Shown: positions 41,265 through 52,452 of the stretch, piece after piece
Numbering within the stretch: position 1 is the first letter of the stretch
Layout of the letters: every line of letters starts with the position of its first letter
Source of the DNA: OM182 bacterium MED-G28
GTDB lineage: Bacteria > Pseudomonadota > Gammaproteobacteria > Pseudomonadales > Pseudohongiellaceae
Length of the DNA: 64,000 nt
Reading direction: 5' to 3'
Assembly (NCBI GenBank): GCA_002457215.1
Contig: NTJZ01000011.1
Span: 27,009-91,008, forward strand
Made by a program: the position numbers and the translations under genes
The notes under the pieces: generated by a model
The model's database searches: none
What the model was told of the DNA's origin: nothing
What the model saw: only the letters and a program-made list of their open reading frames with translations

Positions 41265-41897
41265 ATGGGCGTGGTCGCTAAAAGATCTTCGATGACTTTT
41301 TATTCAGATGGAACCAGTCATTATAGTCACCGGGTTAGGATTGTCCTTGCTGAAAAAGGAGTCACAGTAGAAACTATTGACGTGGATCCAGACAGCAAAC
41401 CTGAAGATCTAGCGACTCTAAATCCATATAATAATTTGCCCACTTTGGTAGATCGTGATTTAGTGCTTTACGAAGCGGATATAATGATGGAGTACTTGGA
41501 TGAGCGCTTTCCTCATCCCCCATTGTTCCCTGTTTATCCAGTTGCCCGGGCACAGAGCAGGCTTTGGATTTATCGCATTAGTAAGGACTGGTGCAACCTG
41601 GTTGATCCGATCATGGCGGGAAAAGGGACGCCTTCCCAGCTCGATAAAATGCGTAAAGAACTGCGCGAAGGCCTTATCGCAATCGCACCAATTTTTGGTG
41701 AAAAACCTTATTTCATGAGTGACGAATTCACTATTGTTGACTGTGTCGTTTGTCCCATACTTTGGAGGTTACCTGTAATGGGAATTGATCTGCCAAAATC
41801 TAAAACAACTAAGCCAATGTTAGCTTATAGAGATCGTTTGTTCGAGAGAGAATCGGTCTTGGTGAGCCTTTCCGAGCAAGAAAAGGAGATGGTTTAA
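41265..41897 (+). CDS. sspA: Stringent starvation protein A
   Basis: 210 aa, GST-like: MTFYSDGTSHYSHRVRIVLAEKGV...LPTLVDRDLVLYE. Followed by sspB. Confidence 0.95.
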   Translation: MGVVAKRSSMTFYSDGTSHYSHRVRIVLAEKGVTVETIDVDPDSKPEDLATLNPYNNLPTLVDRDLVLYEADIMMEYLDERFPHPPLFPVYPVARAQSRLWIYRISKDWCNLVDPIMAGKGTPSQLDKMRKELREGLIAIAPIFGEKPYFMSDEFTIVDCVVCPILWRLPVMGIDLPKSKTTKPMLAYRDRLFERESVLVSLSEQEKEMV

Positions 41898-41927
41898 GAG
41901 CTCAGACTTTTTACGTTGGGCTGCGAT

Positions 41928-42353
41928 ATGGCAATGACATCAAGCAGACCTTACATTATTCGAGCCCTCTATGAATGGATAATAGAAAATGAGTGCACAC
42001 CCTATATTTTGGTTAATGCATTTGAAGGTGGCGTCGAGGTTCCTCAGGAACATGTAAAAGATGGTCAGATTATTCTGAATGTCTCGCCATCTGCAGTTAA
42101 ATCATTATCTATTCACAATCACGCAATTGATTTTGAAGGTCGTTTTGCCGGCATTCCTAAACAAGTATTTGTTCCCATTAATGCAATTTTAGGTATCTAT
42201 GCGAAAGAAAATGGGCAAGGAATGATTTTCGATGCTGATAATGATGGTAGTGAGCCACCTGAGCCAGAAGGTTCTGGTGCTTCAGGCGGGTCAGCAGCAA
42301 GTGATAACCAAGGCATAGGAGTCAAGAAGCCTTCGCTCCGAATAGTTAAGTAG
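41928..42353 (+). CDS. sspB: ClpXP adaptor SspB
   Basis: SRPYIIRALYEWIIENECTPYILVNA, with an acidic/Gly-rich tail ending KPSLRIVK (ClpX-binding type). The ATG at 41928 was chosen. The track TTG start is at 41916. Confidence 0.9.
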   Translation: MAMTSSRPYIIRALYEWIIENECTPYILVNAFEGGVEVPQEHVKDGQIILNVSPSAVKSLSIHNHAIDFEGRFAGIPKQVFVPINAILGIYAKENGQGMIFDADNDGSEPPEPEGSGASGGSAASDNQGIGVKKPSLRIVK

Positions 42354-42356
42354 AAC

Positions 42357-43534
<1,178 letters not shown>

Positions 43535-43819
43535 CTAAACCTTAATTTCCAAAAAATTTGATTTGTAAAAATATAAAGGTTTATCGGCCGCAATTTGATC
43601 ATTGTTACTGTAATTGTCTTAAAAAATTCGAATCATTCAATGAAGTAGACTTGCTATTAGGCTAAAAAGTTTCAATATAATTTTGGTTCGAGGCTGTTGA
43701 GCGGAGGGTTGCTATTAATTTGGATTGATATTCCAACGTAGCATGGTTCTAAATCAGGACTAAGAAATTAACTGCAGTTTTTATTTTTCTCTGTTTGTCG
43801 AGGTTGTCTCTGAAAAAAT

Positions 43820-45667
43820 TTAATTAGAGCTTGCAGAATTTGGTAGTCGAAATGGAACAGCGATTCCATCTTCGAATCGCGCCGTCGTCAAACTGCGATG
43901 AATTCGTCGATTCTCTGACATCGTTAACACGCCTGTGGTGCCGCTCACTGAGCTGATACTGTTATTTGAAAATTGTTTTAGTCTTGGATAAAGGCGAAAA
44001 CTATCGATTCCCATTGCCCGTAATCTCTGCAGCGGGCCTTGCGCTTGGCGTAGGTTAGTATTGACCTCGTCTCTTAATTGATGGGTTGGGTTTAAAACCC
44101 ACGGAGCATCAGTAAAAATAATACCGTCAAGATCTCGGTTTCCAGTTTGATTTTCCTGGCCATCGTAGACAGAAGGCATCGAAAATACCGGGATGTCGCC
44201 AGCAAAATAAAAAGCGAGAGTTGGTTTTAGTTGTCTGCCCTGTCTTGGGTTTGCTACCAGAAAAATAAAATCAATGTCACTTCTACGTCGGGGAGTAAAC
44301 TCCATATTGAGGCGGGGCAATAAATCTAGAAGTTTCTCTGCCCTTGCTTCACTAGAATCAATAGCCATTAAGCGTTTAATTACTTCCGCATAACCAGAGT
44401 CACCAATAAAACGAGCACTTGAAACAACCTGCCCCCCCTGGTTTGTCCAGGTCTCACTAAAAAATTTTTCAAGCCGCTGGTAGTCCAAATTGTCAGGCAT
44501 TATTACCGCTGCGTTTCTATATCCTGCCTCCCAGGCTAAGTTTATCACTTGCGAAATTTCATCCTCTGGGGCTAAGCCGAATTGAAACAAATTTTCTGCA
44601 AGCCGATCTTCGTCGGTATAGTTTAGAGCCAATGTCGGAACGGGGAGTTCTATACGCTCGGATATTTGATTCACTAATTTTTTGTTAAGTGGCCCAATAA
44701 TTAGATCTGCACCACTTGCCACAGCTTGGTCAAAAGTATCGTTAATGTCTGCCAAACCGGTGCTATCAAACACAGAGATCTGCGGGACGTCTCGGGATAC
44801 GCTTAAAGATTGATAATAGGCGCTTAGAAAGCCCTCTTGTATGGCATTTCCAGTGGCTTCTTGCAGTGGCAGTATTAATGCAATATGTTTGGGTCGGTTT
44901 TCCCAAGTCATTTGCAATTCAATGAGCGGAGCAGGCAATCGCGCGGCGGCAGAGTGGCTAGCCCAAATTCGACGCCATTGAACAATCGAATCAAGTTGGC
45001 TGCGTATACTGAACTGATCTACTTGGTAGATACGAGCTAGCTCGATCCAGCCACGCATTTCATAACTATCAGCTTCTTCAGCTAACTTATCCAGCTCTTC
45101 ATCTTGAAGACTAGTTAACGCTATCCAGATATCTTCAAACAAAGAGGTTTCTGCATTTGTAGGCCAGCTTTCAGTAATGCTGGTGAAGTCTATAATGGCA
45201 TCTTCGTTTCGATTAATAGACTGATAGAGCTGGCCCCTAAGCAAGATTAGCCGGCGCCCTGCTGAGGTATCACCATTAGCAGACTCAGCCAAATTTCCAC
45301 TAAGCCAGCGTAAAGCACTGTCAAATTGATTTTGTTTAATGGCGATTTGGGCGCGGATAAGTGCCAGCTGAATCTGCAAGGTAGCTCTTAATCTATTAGG
45401 GTTTTGAATGCTCCCGATTTCTAGTTCCGCTCGATCGAGATACCCGAAATTGATAAGCTCCTCTATCGCCTTTAAGCGGAGTGATGCAGAATCTGGACCG
45501 GTGGCGAGATTTGCTTGCCGCAATAGCTCGTCTATCGACTCTGTTGTAGACTCAATTTGTGGTGGTGCATTAACAACAGGAGGGGGAGGCGAACTGCAGG
45601 TGATGCTAATAAAAAGAATTCCCGCAACGAACATCCGATGAACAGAATTCTGAGTAAACGCTTTCAT
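43820..45667 (-). CDS. lpoA: Penicillin-binding protein activator LpoA
   Basis: 615 aa with lipobox ISITC. N-terminal TPR-like domain plus a C-terminal periplasmic-binding-protein-like domain. Divergent from rsmI. Confidence 0.85.
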   Translation of the reverse strand: MKAFTQNSVHRMFVAGILFISITCSSPPPPVVNAPPQIESTTESIDELLRQANLATGPDSASLRLKAIEELINFGYLDRAELEIGSIQNPNRLRATLQIQLALIRAQIAIKQNQFDSALRWLSGNLAESANGDTSAGRRLILLRGQLYQSINRNEDAIIDFTSITESWPTNAETSLFEDIWIALTSLQDEELDKLAEEADSYEMRGWIELARIYQVDQFSIRSQLDSIVQWRRIWASHSAAARLPAPLIELQMTWENRPKHIALILPLQEATGNAIQEGFLSAYYQSLSVSRDVPQISVFDSTGLADINDTFDQAVASGADLIIGPLNKKLVNQISERIELPVPTLALNYTDEDRLAENLFQFGLAPEDEISQVINLAWEAGYRNAAVIMPDNLDYQRLEKFFSETWTNQGGQVVSSARFIGDSGYAEVIKRLMAIDSSEARAEKLLDLLPRLNMEFTPRRRSDIDFIFLVANPRQGRQLKPTLAFYFAGDIPVFSMPSVYDGQENQTGNRDLDGIIFTDAPWVLNPTHQLRDEVNTNLRQAQGPLQRLRAMGIDSFRLYPRLKQFSNNSISSVSGTTGVLTMSENRRIHRSLTTARFEDGIAVPFRLPNSASSN

Positions 45668-45789
45668 AAATGCATAAATAGTTTCATAGGGTGGGACCAG
45701 ACTAATACAAGAGGGTTACTTGGGCAATTTTTTGTAGAGAATTGCTACTCTGGAGTTCAACCACTTTTATTAAAAATAGTAGTCGTAAA

Positions 45790-46638
45790 ATGAATCAGAA
45801 AGGAATTCTTTACATTGTTGCCACGCCTATTGGCAATGCAGATGACATAAGCTCCCGCGCCATAGCGATTTTAAAGTCTGTGTCGAAAATTGCGGCCGAA
45901 GATACCAGGCATAGTAAGATATTATTGCGGAAACTGAATATTGAGAACTCGCTCAAGTCTTATCATGATTTTTCTGGCGAATTTGCCGCTCAAGAAATAA
46001 TTGATGATCTTTTAAATGGGCAATCGATAGCATTGATATCAGATGCAGGTACACCTTTAATTTCTGACCCAGGATTTCAACTTGTTAAGCTAGCCAGGAG
46101 TAATCTGATTGAAGTTTTACCTGTGCCTGGGGCTAGCGCGGTTACTGCGGCTTTATCTGTTTCAGGATTGCCTACAGATCGTTTTGTCTTTGAAGGTTTC
46201 TTGCCTGCCAAATCTTTTGCTCGGCAAAAATGTTTTCAAAGGTTTAATCAAGAAGAGAGAACCACTGTATTTTTTGAATCTACTCATCGAATTGTTGAAT
46301 GCTTGCAGGATCTTGTTTCGACTCTTTCGGGCCCGAGACAGATATTCATTGCTAGAGAAATAAGCAAAAAATTTGAATCACACTTTCTCGGTTCAGCAGA
46401 AGAGTGTTTGGATTGGGTTATTTCGGATATTCAGCAACGAAAAGGTGAATTTGTCATTGTGCTTGAAGGATGTGAGGAGTCAACAATCGAAGCAGCGAGA
46501 CACGCAGACGCGCTCAAAATAGTTGATCTTTTAGGCGAATCAGTTTCAACAAAAGACGCAGTGGCCATAGCTAGCGAAATAAGTGGAGCACGCAAGAACA
46601 AAGTTTATGAAACGGTCCTATCAAATAAAATCCCCTAA
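45790..46638 (+). CDS. rsmI: 16S rRNA (cytidine1402-2'-O)-methyltransferase
   Basis: GILYIVATPIGNADDIS...AAEDTR and SDAGTPLISDPG motifs. The ATG at 45790 was chosen. The track start is 45742. Confidence 0.92.
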   Translation: MNQKGILYIVATPIGNADDISSRAIAILKSVSKIAAEDTRHSKILLRKLNIENSLKSYHDFSGEFAAQEIIDDLLNGQSIALISDAGTPLISDPGFQLVKLARSNLIEVLPVPGASAVTAALSVSGLPTDRFVFEGFLPAKSFARQKCFQRFNQEERTTVFFESTHRIVECLQDLVSTLSGPRQIFIAREISKKFESHFLGSAEECLDWVISDIQQRKGEFVIVLEGCEESTIEAARHADALKIVDLLGESVSTKDAVAIASEISGARKNKVYETVLSNKIP

Positions 46639-46658
46639 ACCCGAATACATTTATCCTA

Positions 46659-46687
46659 TTGATTTAAAAGATTTTTTCTATTAGTCT
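46659..46687 (+). promoter_or_regulatory. Candidate rnpB promoter
   Basis: TTGATT(46659-46664), a 17-nt spacer, then TAGTCT(46682-46687). The predicted 5' end of the P1 stem lies 7 nt downstream. Confidence 0.4.
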
Positions 46688-46693
46688 GAACGT

Positions 46694-47080
46694 GAGTCAG
46701 CTGGGCAATTGCTGTCTGATTTACTTTGCATTTCGCTTGGCGATTTATGAGGTGGCAGATAGAGGAAAGTCCGGGCTCCAAAGAGCAGAGTGCCAGGTAA
46801 CGCCTGGGGGGTGCGAACCTACGGCTAGTGCAACAGAAAACAAACCGCCTCCGATCGAGATCTCTGATTTATATCGAAGGTAAGGGTGAAATGGTGCGGT
46901 AAGAGCGCACCGCATGGCTGGTAACAGACCATGGCTAGGTAAACCCCACTCGGAGCAAGGCCAAATAGGAATCTGTTAATGCTGCTCGCATTGGATTCGG
47001 GTAGGCCGCTTGATGCCTGCGGTGACGCGGGTTGCAGATGAATAATTGTCCTCGACAGAACCCGGCTTATAGGCTGACTC
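46694..47080 (+). ncRNA. rnpB: RNase P RNA, bacterial type A
   Basis: Universal blocks are present: GAGGAAAGTCCGGGCTCC, GCCAGGTAACGCCTGGGGGG, GGTAAGGGTGAAATGGTGCGGTAAGAGCGCACC and CGACAGAACCCGGCTTAT. P1 pairing is GAGTCAGC(46694-46701)/GCTGACTC(47073-47080). The 63-aa track ORF inside it is spurious. Confidence 0.93.
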
Positions 47081-47267
47081 TTTATTTCTTAACAAATAAA
47101 AAACCCTTTTAAATTCAAATACTTCTTATAAATTACTTTAACTAAAGATTATAATAAATTGTAATTGCTTAATTTAATTAAGGTAATAATTAGCAAGATC
47201 ACTTCAAGATCTCTACATTTAGCGGCAAGTTCCCGGTTTTTCTTGAAATTAAGCATCTAAATAGTAC

Positions 47268-47296
47268 TTGCACAGAGGGGTAAGTGTGCCTATAGT
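47268..47296 (+). promoter_or_regulatory. Candidate dcw-cluster promoter (Pmra-like)
   Basis: TTGCAC(47268-47273), a 17-nt spacer, then TATAGT(47291-47296). About 100 nt upstream of mraZ. Confidence 0.5.
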
Positions 47297-47302
47297 GTCT
47301 CT

Positions 47303-47348
47303 TTGTGGTAAATTGTGGAATATTTTGTATTATTGTGGGGTAAAGTGG
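47303..47348 (+). promoter_or_regulatory. MraZ-operator-type direct repeat array (WWGTGG every 10 bp)
   Basis: TTGTGG at 47303, 47313 and 47333; AAGTGG at 47343; a degenerate unit in the 47323 slot. The 10-bp phasing is exact, and the array begins immediately downstream of the -10 box. Confidence 0.65.
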
Positions 47349-47392
47349 ATTACCTTTCTTGAGATATTTCTTAATTTAGGCGGGGACAAAGA

Positions 47393-47848
47393 GTGTTTCG
47401 CGGGATCAATACCATTAATTTGGATGCGAAAGGGCGCATGGCAATGCCTGCGCGCTATCGGGAGCAATTGATAAATCTTTGCTCTGGCCATCTTGTGGTG
47501 ACTATTGATACCAATCATCGCTGTCTTCTGCTCTACCCTCTTGCTGAGTGGGAGCAAATCGAGCGCAAAATAGAATCTCTTTCCAGTTTCAATCCGGCGG
47601 AGCAGCGAGTGAAACGTTTGCTTATCGGCCATGCTAATGACCTTGAATTGGACAGCAGTGGAAGGATTTTGTTACCTCAGGAGTTAAGGCATCACGCTGA
47701 GCTTGAAAAGCATGTGTGTTTAATCGGTCAGGGCAAAAAGCTGGAAATTTGGAGTCAAGATAGCTGGAATGAGCAGAGAGATACTTGGCTCACTGAGTCT
47801 GCGACGAAAGGAGAGTTACCTGAAAAACTAAGAACCTTAGCTCTTTAG
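47393..47848 (+). CDS. mraZ: Transcriptional regulator MraZ
   Basis: 151 aa, GTG start. N-terminus MFRGINTINLDAKGRMAMPARYR, with two SpoVT/AbrB-like repeats (second DSSGRILLPQELR). Confidence 0.95.
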   Translation: MFRGINTINLDAKGRMAMPARYREQLINLCSGHLVVTIDTNHRCLLLYPLAEWEQIERKIESLSSFNPAEQRVKRLLIGHANDLELDSSGRILLPQELRHHAELEKHVCLIGQGKKLEIWSQDSWNEQRDTWLTESATKGELPEKLRTLAL

Positions 47849-47858
47849 GGAACATTGA

Positions 47859-48794
47859 ATGACTTTTGCCTCACAACATAAAGCGGTTCTCCAGGTCGAA
47901 GCATTGAAAGCATTAGCTGTTAAGGCTGAAGGAAAATATATCGATGCAACATTTGGTCGAGGGGGTCACAGCAGGGCGATCTTAAGTTCACTAAATTCAC
48001 GCGGTGAACTTATTGCAATAGACCGGGATCCAGACGCGATATCAGCTGCAAACGAATTACAAAAGCAAGATTCGAGGGTTCAAGTGGCACATGCGATGTT
48101 TAGTCAACTGGGTGAGTTGGAAGCTACTAAGAATCTTGCCGGAAAGACAGATGGTATTTTGTTTGATCTAGGCGTTTCTTCGCCCCAACTAGATAACCCA
48201 CTAAGGGGTTTTAGTTTTATGCATAGCGGACCTCTTGATATGAGAATGAATCCGATGGATAAACTAAGCGCAGAAGAATGGGTTAACAGTGCTAGTGAAA
48301 AAGAAATAGCGAACGTCATTTTTGAGTATGGTGAAGAAAAGTTCTCGCGGCGAATTGCCAAGCGAATAGTTGAAGCGCGCGCTGAAATAAGGATCAATAC
48401 AACTGGCCAGCTTGCAGAGGTCATTAAAAAAGCTAATCCGTCTTGGGAAAAAGATAAACATCCAGCAACAAGAGCATTTCAAGCTATACGAATTCGCATT
48501 AATGGTGAGCTCGAACAGATTGAGAAAGGACTAGGTGACGCACTTGGATTGTTGAGGGCGGGGGGGCGGTTGGTTGTAATTAGTTTTCATTCACTGGAAG
48601 ACCGAATAGTAAAAAAGTTTATTGCTGAGAAAGCCAAGGGTGATAATTTTCCCCGTGATTTGCCGATTACTGCGGCATTTCTTAATCCAACATTGAAAAA
48701 GATTGGAAAACCGATTAAGGCCGCGGAGCAAGAAGTAGAAAATAATGCCCGTGCGAGAAGTGCAGTGATGCGTGTAGCTGAGAAACTCAACTGA
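47859..48794 (+). CDS. rsmH: 16S rRNA (cytosine1402-N4)-methyltransferase
   Basis: Motifs DATFGRGGHS, DLGVSSPQLD and ISFHSLEDR. Confidence 0.95.
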   Translation: MTFASQHKAVLQVEALKALAVKAEGKYIDATFGRGGHSRAILSSLNSRGELIAIDRDPDAISAANELQKQDSRVQVAHAMFSQLGELEATKNLAGKTDGILFDLGVSSPQLDNPLRGFSFMHSGPLDMRMNPMDKLSAEEWVNSASEKEIANVIFEYGEEKFSRRIAKRIVEARAEIRINTTGQLAEVIKKANPSWEKDKHPATRAFQAIRIRINGELEQIEKGLGDALGLLRAGGRLVVISFHSLEDRIVKKFIAEKAKGDNFPRDLPITAAFLNPTLKKIGKPIKAAEQEVENNARARSAVMRVAEKLN

Positions 48795-48813
48795 GCAAGG
48801 TTAATAGCAAGAA

Positions 48814-49176
48814 ATGAGACCTAGAGGCCCTCAAACTAAACAACGCACACCTTTGAAAAGAGGTCGGCCTCTAACCCCCTCGATAATTCAGTGGGCAGGA
48901 TTAACCCGTTCAGTTTCATTAGGGGTAATTGTATTACTAGCTTTTGCTGTGAGCTCTGGTCTCTCCGTAGTACTCATAACACATCAGAATCGTTTCGCAT
49001 TCAATGAACTTCAGGAACTTAAAGATCAAGCCAATCAGTTTGAAACTGAATGGGGGCAATTGCTACTTGAGCAAAGCACCTTTGGTGTTGATGGGCGGAT
49101 TGAGCAGCAAGCTACTGAAAAATTACGAATGCAATTACCCAAGCTGTCAGAAATTGTGATGGTGAGCCATGACTGA
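48814..49176 (+). CDS. ftsL: Cell division protein FtsL
   Basis: 120 aa, bitopic: basic N-terminus, one TM helix, then a leucine-zipper-like region. Positioned between rsmH and ftsI. The start codon is uncertain. Confidence 0.8.
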   Translation: MRPRGPQTKQRTPLKRGRPLTPSIIQWAGLTRSVSLGVIVLLAFAVSSGLSVVLITHQNRFAFNELQELKDQANQFETEWGQLLLEQSTFGVDGRIEQQATEKLRMQLPKLSEIVMVSHD

Positions 49177-50902
49177 GTCCAGATTAAGAATCTTATTCAA
49201 AGACTGGCGTTTACATCTTGTATTGTTCTTTATGTCATTGTGCGTGCTCGCGATAGCTTGGAAAGTAAGCAATCTACACATCATTGATCGCGACTTTTTG
49301 CAAGGTGAGGGTGACGCTAGAACTATTCGAACTGTCCCTTTGGTTGCTAATCGCGGTCTAATCTTAGATAGAAATGGTGAACCATTAGCCGTTAGCACGC
49401 CAGTACAATCTATTTGGGTTAACCCTGGGGAGATTGCCGATGAATACGCTGCAATAGCCTTACTCGCAAAAACCCTTGAATTAAATCCAGAAGTACTTGC
49501 AAGTAATATTAAAAATAAATTGGCGCAGGAATTGGAGTTTTGGTACGTAAAACGCCGTTTGTCTCCGGCAGACGCAGAGCGAGTAATGGCATTAGATATC
49601 GTTGGGGTTTATGCGCAGCAAGAATACCAGCGTTTTTATCCTCAAGGAGAAGTTGCAGCGCATTTAATCGGATTTAGTAATGTTGATGATATTGGTCAGG
49701 AGGGCCTTGAATTAGCATATGATGGTTGGCTAAAAGGCGTGCCCGGTCGACGCCAGGTAATGCAAGATAGGCGAGGTCATATAATTGAAGAGTTAAATAC
49801 GATCCAGACAGCTCAACCAGGAAAGAACTTAGCACTGAGTATTGATTTTAGATTGCAAAGCATCGCTTATCGAGAGCTTAAGGAAGAATTTATAAAACGA
49901 CGTGCAAAAGCGGCAACTGTAGTCGTGCTAGACGTAGAAACTGGCGAGGTCCTAGCGATGGCAAACCAACCATCCTATAACCCCCACAACAAAGCGAACA
50001 TGACTGACTTTAGTGTTCTAAGAAATCGTGCTATTACCGATGCATTTGAGCCTGGATCAACCGTTAAAGCTTTCACGATTGCTGCTGCACTTGAGACAGG
50101 GTTATTTACTCCGCAAACAGTTATCGAAACTAGTCCGGGCTGGATGATGTTAAATGGGAATGAGGTAAAAGATTTATTTGACTACGGCACCCTAACTACA
50201 ACTGGAGTGATCACCAAGAGCAGTAATATTGGCAGTAGTAAAATAGCTCTGCAGATAGGCGCTGAGCCTATTAGGGATGTATTGGAGCGGGTGGGCTTTG
50301 GTCAAGTATTAGGTACTGGATTTCCCGGAGAGCGTTCTGGAGTTTTACCCAATCCAAGCCGTTGGGGTCGGCACGCTACTGCAACTTTTTCATTTGGTTA
50401 CGGACTCTCTGTGACAGCGCTCCAGTTAGCACAAGCCTATTCTGTGCTCGCTGACGATGGAATTCGTAAGCCAGTATCTTTGTTGAAGTTACAACAGTCT
50501 GACGTTTCTGATTTACCGCGTAAACAAGTAATAAGTGCAGAAATAGCTGAGACAGTTCGCGGAATGTTAAGTACTGTAGTTGACGCGCAAAGTGGCGGAT
50601 CTGCACTGGAAGCTAATGTGCCTTTCTATTCGGTCGCGGGAAAAACTGGCACTGCACATGTGGTTGGAGAGCAGGGTTATGAGGACAATTTACATAACTC
50701 ATTCTTTGTTGGTATGGCTCCAGTCTCGGACCCAAAAATTGTCATCGTGGTTATTGTCAATGAGCCAAAGGGTGAAGAGCACTATGGTGGGCAAGTTGCC
50801 GCGCCAGTATTTTCAAGAGTTGCTACAGGAGCAATGAGAATTCTTAATATTACGCCAGACAATATTCCTCAGGGGCAAGCTCTAAAATTGGGTTCTTTAT
50901 AA
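49169..50902 (+). CDS. ftsI: Peptidoglycan D,D-transpeptidase FtsI (PBP3)
   Basis: 577 aa with an N-terminal TM helix. Motifs STVK (PGSTVKAF), SSN (KSSNIGS) and KTGT (AGKTGTA). Confidence 0.95.
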   Translation: MTESRLRILFKDWRLHLVLFFMSLCVLAIAWKVSNLHIIDRDFLQGEGDARTIRTVPLVANRGLILDRNGEPLAVSTPVQSIWVNPGEIADEYAAIALLAKTLELNPEVLASNIKNKLAQELEFWYVKRRLSPADAERVMALDIVGVYAQQEYQRFYPQGEVAAHLIGFSNVDDIGQEGLELAYDGWLKGVPGRRQVMQDRRGHIIEELNTIQTAQPGKNLALSIDFRLQSIAYRELKEEFIKRRAKAATVVVLDVETGEVLAMANQPSYNPHNKANMTDFSVLRNRAITDAFEPGSTVKAFTIAAALETGLFTPQTVIETSPGWMMLNGNEVKDLFDYGTLTTTGVITKSSNIGSSKIALQIGAEPIRDVLERVGFGQVLGTGFPGERSGVLPNPSRWGRHATATFSFGYGLSVTALQLAQAYSVLADDGIRKPVSLLKLQQSDVSDLPRKQVISAEIAETVRGMLSTVVDAQSGGSALEANVPFYSVAGKTGTAHVVGEQGYEDNLHNSFFVGMAPVSDPKIVIVVIVNEPKGEEHYGGQVAAPVFSRVATGAMRILNITPDNIPQGQALKLGSL

Positions 50903-50904
50903 CC

Positions 50905-52443
50905 ATGAATACAGCTGAAAAATTGAATTCACAAGCTTCTCTCTTGGAGCTGATTACAGGGTATAGAGAAATTAGCGATGCCGAAGCATCGAGCTTGGAA
51001 ATTGTAGTTAGAGGAGTGCAATTGGATAGTCGCCTGCTTCAACAGGGCGATTTATTCTTAGCTTGTTTTGGCCGTAATCACGATGCTCGAAATTATATCG
51101 ATCAAGCAATTATTTCTGGATGCTGTGCAATCCTTGTGGAATCCGGTGTTGATTGGCAAGGGATTCAGCTGCGAGATGCTGTACCTATAATCGCTATCGA
51201 TAATTTACACGCAAAGATAAGTGAGATTTCTGGGCGGTTTTTTGGTCATCCCAGCAAAAAGTTAAACGTAATCGGCATTACTGGTACGAATGGAAAAACT
51301 AGCTGCAGTCAATTTCTTTCGCAAACTTTGACGGCATTAGGTTATAAATGTGGGGTAATTGGCACATTGGGTTACGGCATCAGCGGAGAGTTACAAGAGA
51401 CTCAGTTAACAACTCCTGATGCAGTATTTACCCAATCAGCGCTTGCAAGAATGCATTGTGAAGATATTGACCCAGTAGCCATGGAAGTTTCATCTGTCGG
51501 CTTGCATCAGAAACGTGTTTCATCTGTTCTTTTTGATACAGCGATATTTACCAATTTGACGCGTGATCATTTGGATTATCACGAAACGATGGAATCTTAT
51601 GGCGAGAACAAAAAGAAATTATTTATGATGCCTGGGTTAAAGACAGCCATTGTAAACTTAGATGACTCTTTTGCGCTCTCAATTATTAATTCTGTTTCAT
51701 CCGACGTCGAGGTTCTCACTTACAGTCTTAAAAACAAAATCGCTTCTGTTTTTGCGGAATCATTGGAGCTTACGCGAAATGGATTTCGAGCAAAAATATG
51801 TACGCCGATTGGCATGGGTGAAATAACAGGTAAGCTTATCGGTTATTTTAATTTTAGTAATGTATTGGCAGTGTTAACTGCGCTTATAAATTACTTGCCA
51901 CGGCACTCAGGGATAAATATTGATTCAATATGCCAAAAAATTTCTGAACTTCAGCCGGTCGACGGTCGCATGGAAATAATAGGAGAAAGCGAGGAAATTA
52001 CCGTAGTTGTAGATTATGCCCATACTCCTGATGGGTTGTGCAGCGCATTAACTGCACTAAAAGATCATTTTAGTGGACAGATATGGTGCATTTTTGGTTG
52101 CGGTGGAAACAGGGATAAAGGCAAGCGCCCGCTGATGGGTGAAATTGCAGAGAAGCATTCGAGTCAGATAGTCATTACTGATGACAATCCTCGCAATGAA
52201 GGAGGTGATGAAATTGTTCAACATATTTTGAGCGGGGTTCGTTGGAAAGAAAATATCAAAATCATTAGAGACAGAGCTAAGGCAATAAGTTATGCGATTA
52301 GCCAGGCTAAAGCGGGTGATGTTGTGCTCGTCGCTGGGAAAGGTCATGAAACCTATCAAGACATTGCCGGAATAAGGAATATTTTCAGTGATGCAAAGCA
52401 AGTGCGAGTAGCACTTCAAGAGCGAGAGGCAACGGGGAGGTAA
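50905..52443 (+). CDS. murE: UDP-MurNAc-L-Ala-D-Glu:meso-diaminopimelate ligase
   Basis: P-loop GITGTNGKTS and a DNPR motif (TDDNPRNE). Confidence 0.95.
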   Translation: MNTAEKLNSQASLLELITGYREISDAEASSLEIVVRGVQLDSRLLQQGDLFLACFGRNHDARNYIDQAIISGCCAILVESGVDWQGIQLRDAVPIIAIDNLHAKISEISGRFFGHPSKKLNVIGITGTNGKTSCSQFLSQTLTALGYKCGVIGTLGYGISGELQETQLTTPDAVFTQSALARMHCEDIDPVAMEVSSVGLHQKRVSSVLFDTAIFTNLTRDHLDYHETMESYGENKKKLFMMPGLKTAIVNLDDSFALSIINSVSSDVEVLTYSLKNKIASVFAESLELTRNGFRAKICTPIGMGEITGKLIGYFNFSNVLAVLTALINYLPRHSGINIDSICQKISELQPVDGRMEIIGESEEITVVVDYAHTPDGLCSALTALKDHFSGQIWCIFGCGGNRDKGKRPLMGEIAEKHSSQIVITDDNPRNEGGDEIVQHILSGVRWKENIKIIRDRAKAISYAISQAKAGDVVLVAGKGHETYQDIAGIRNIFSDAKQVRVALQEREATGR

Positions 52444-52452
52444 TTCAGGACT

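Noticed and set aside
46692-46883. 63-aa plus-strand ORF.
   Set aside because: It lies entirely inside the RNase P RNA gene, which has unmistakable conserved blocks.
47330-47632. 100-aa minus-strand ORF. Similar antisense ORFs occur at 18949-19311, 28812-29186, 52057-52419 and 25836-26159.
   Set aside because: All are fully embedded antisense to strongly supported conserved genes (mraZ, rapZ, hisG, murE, yrbG).
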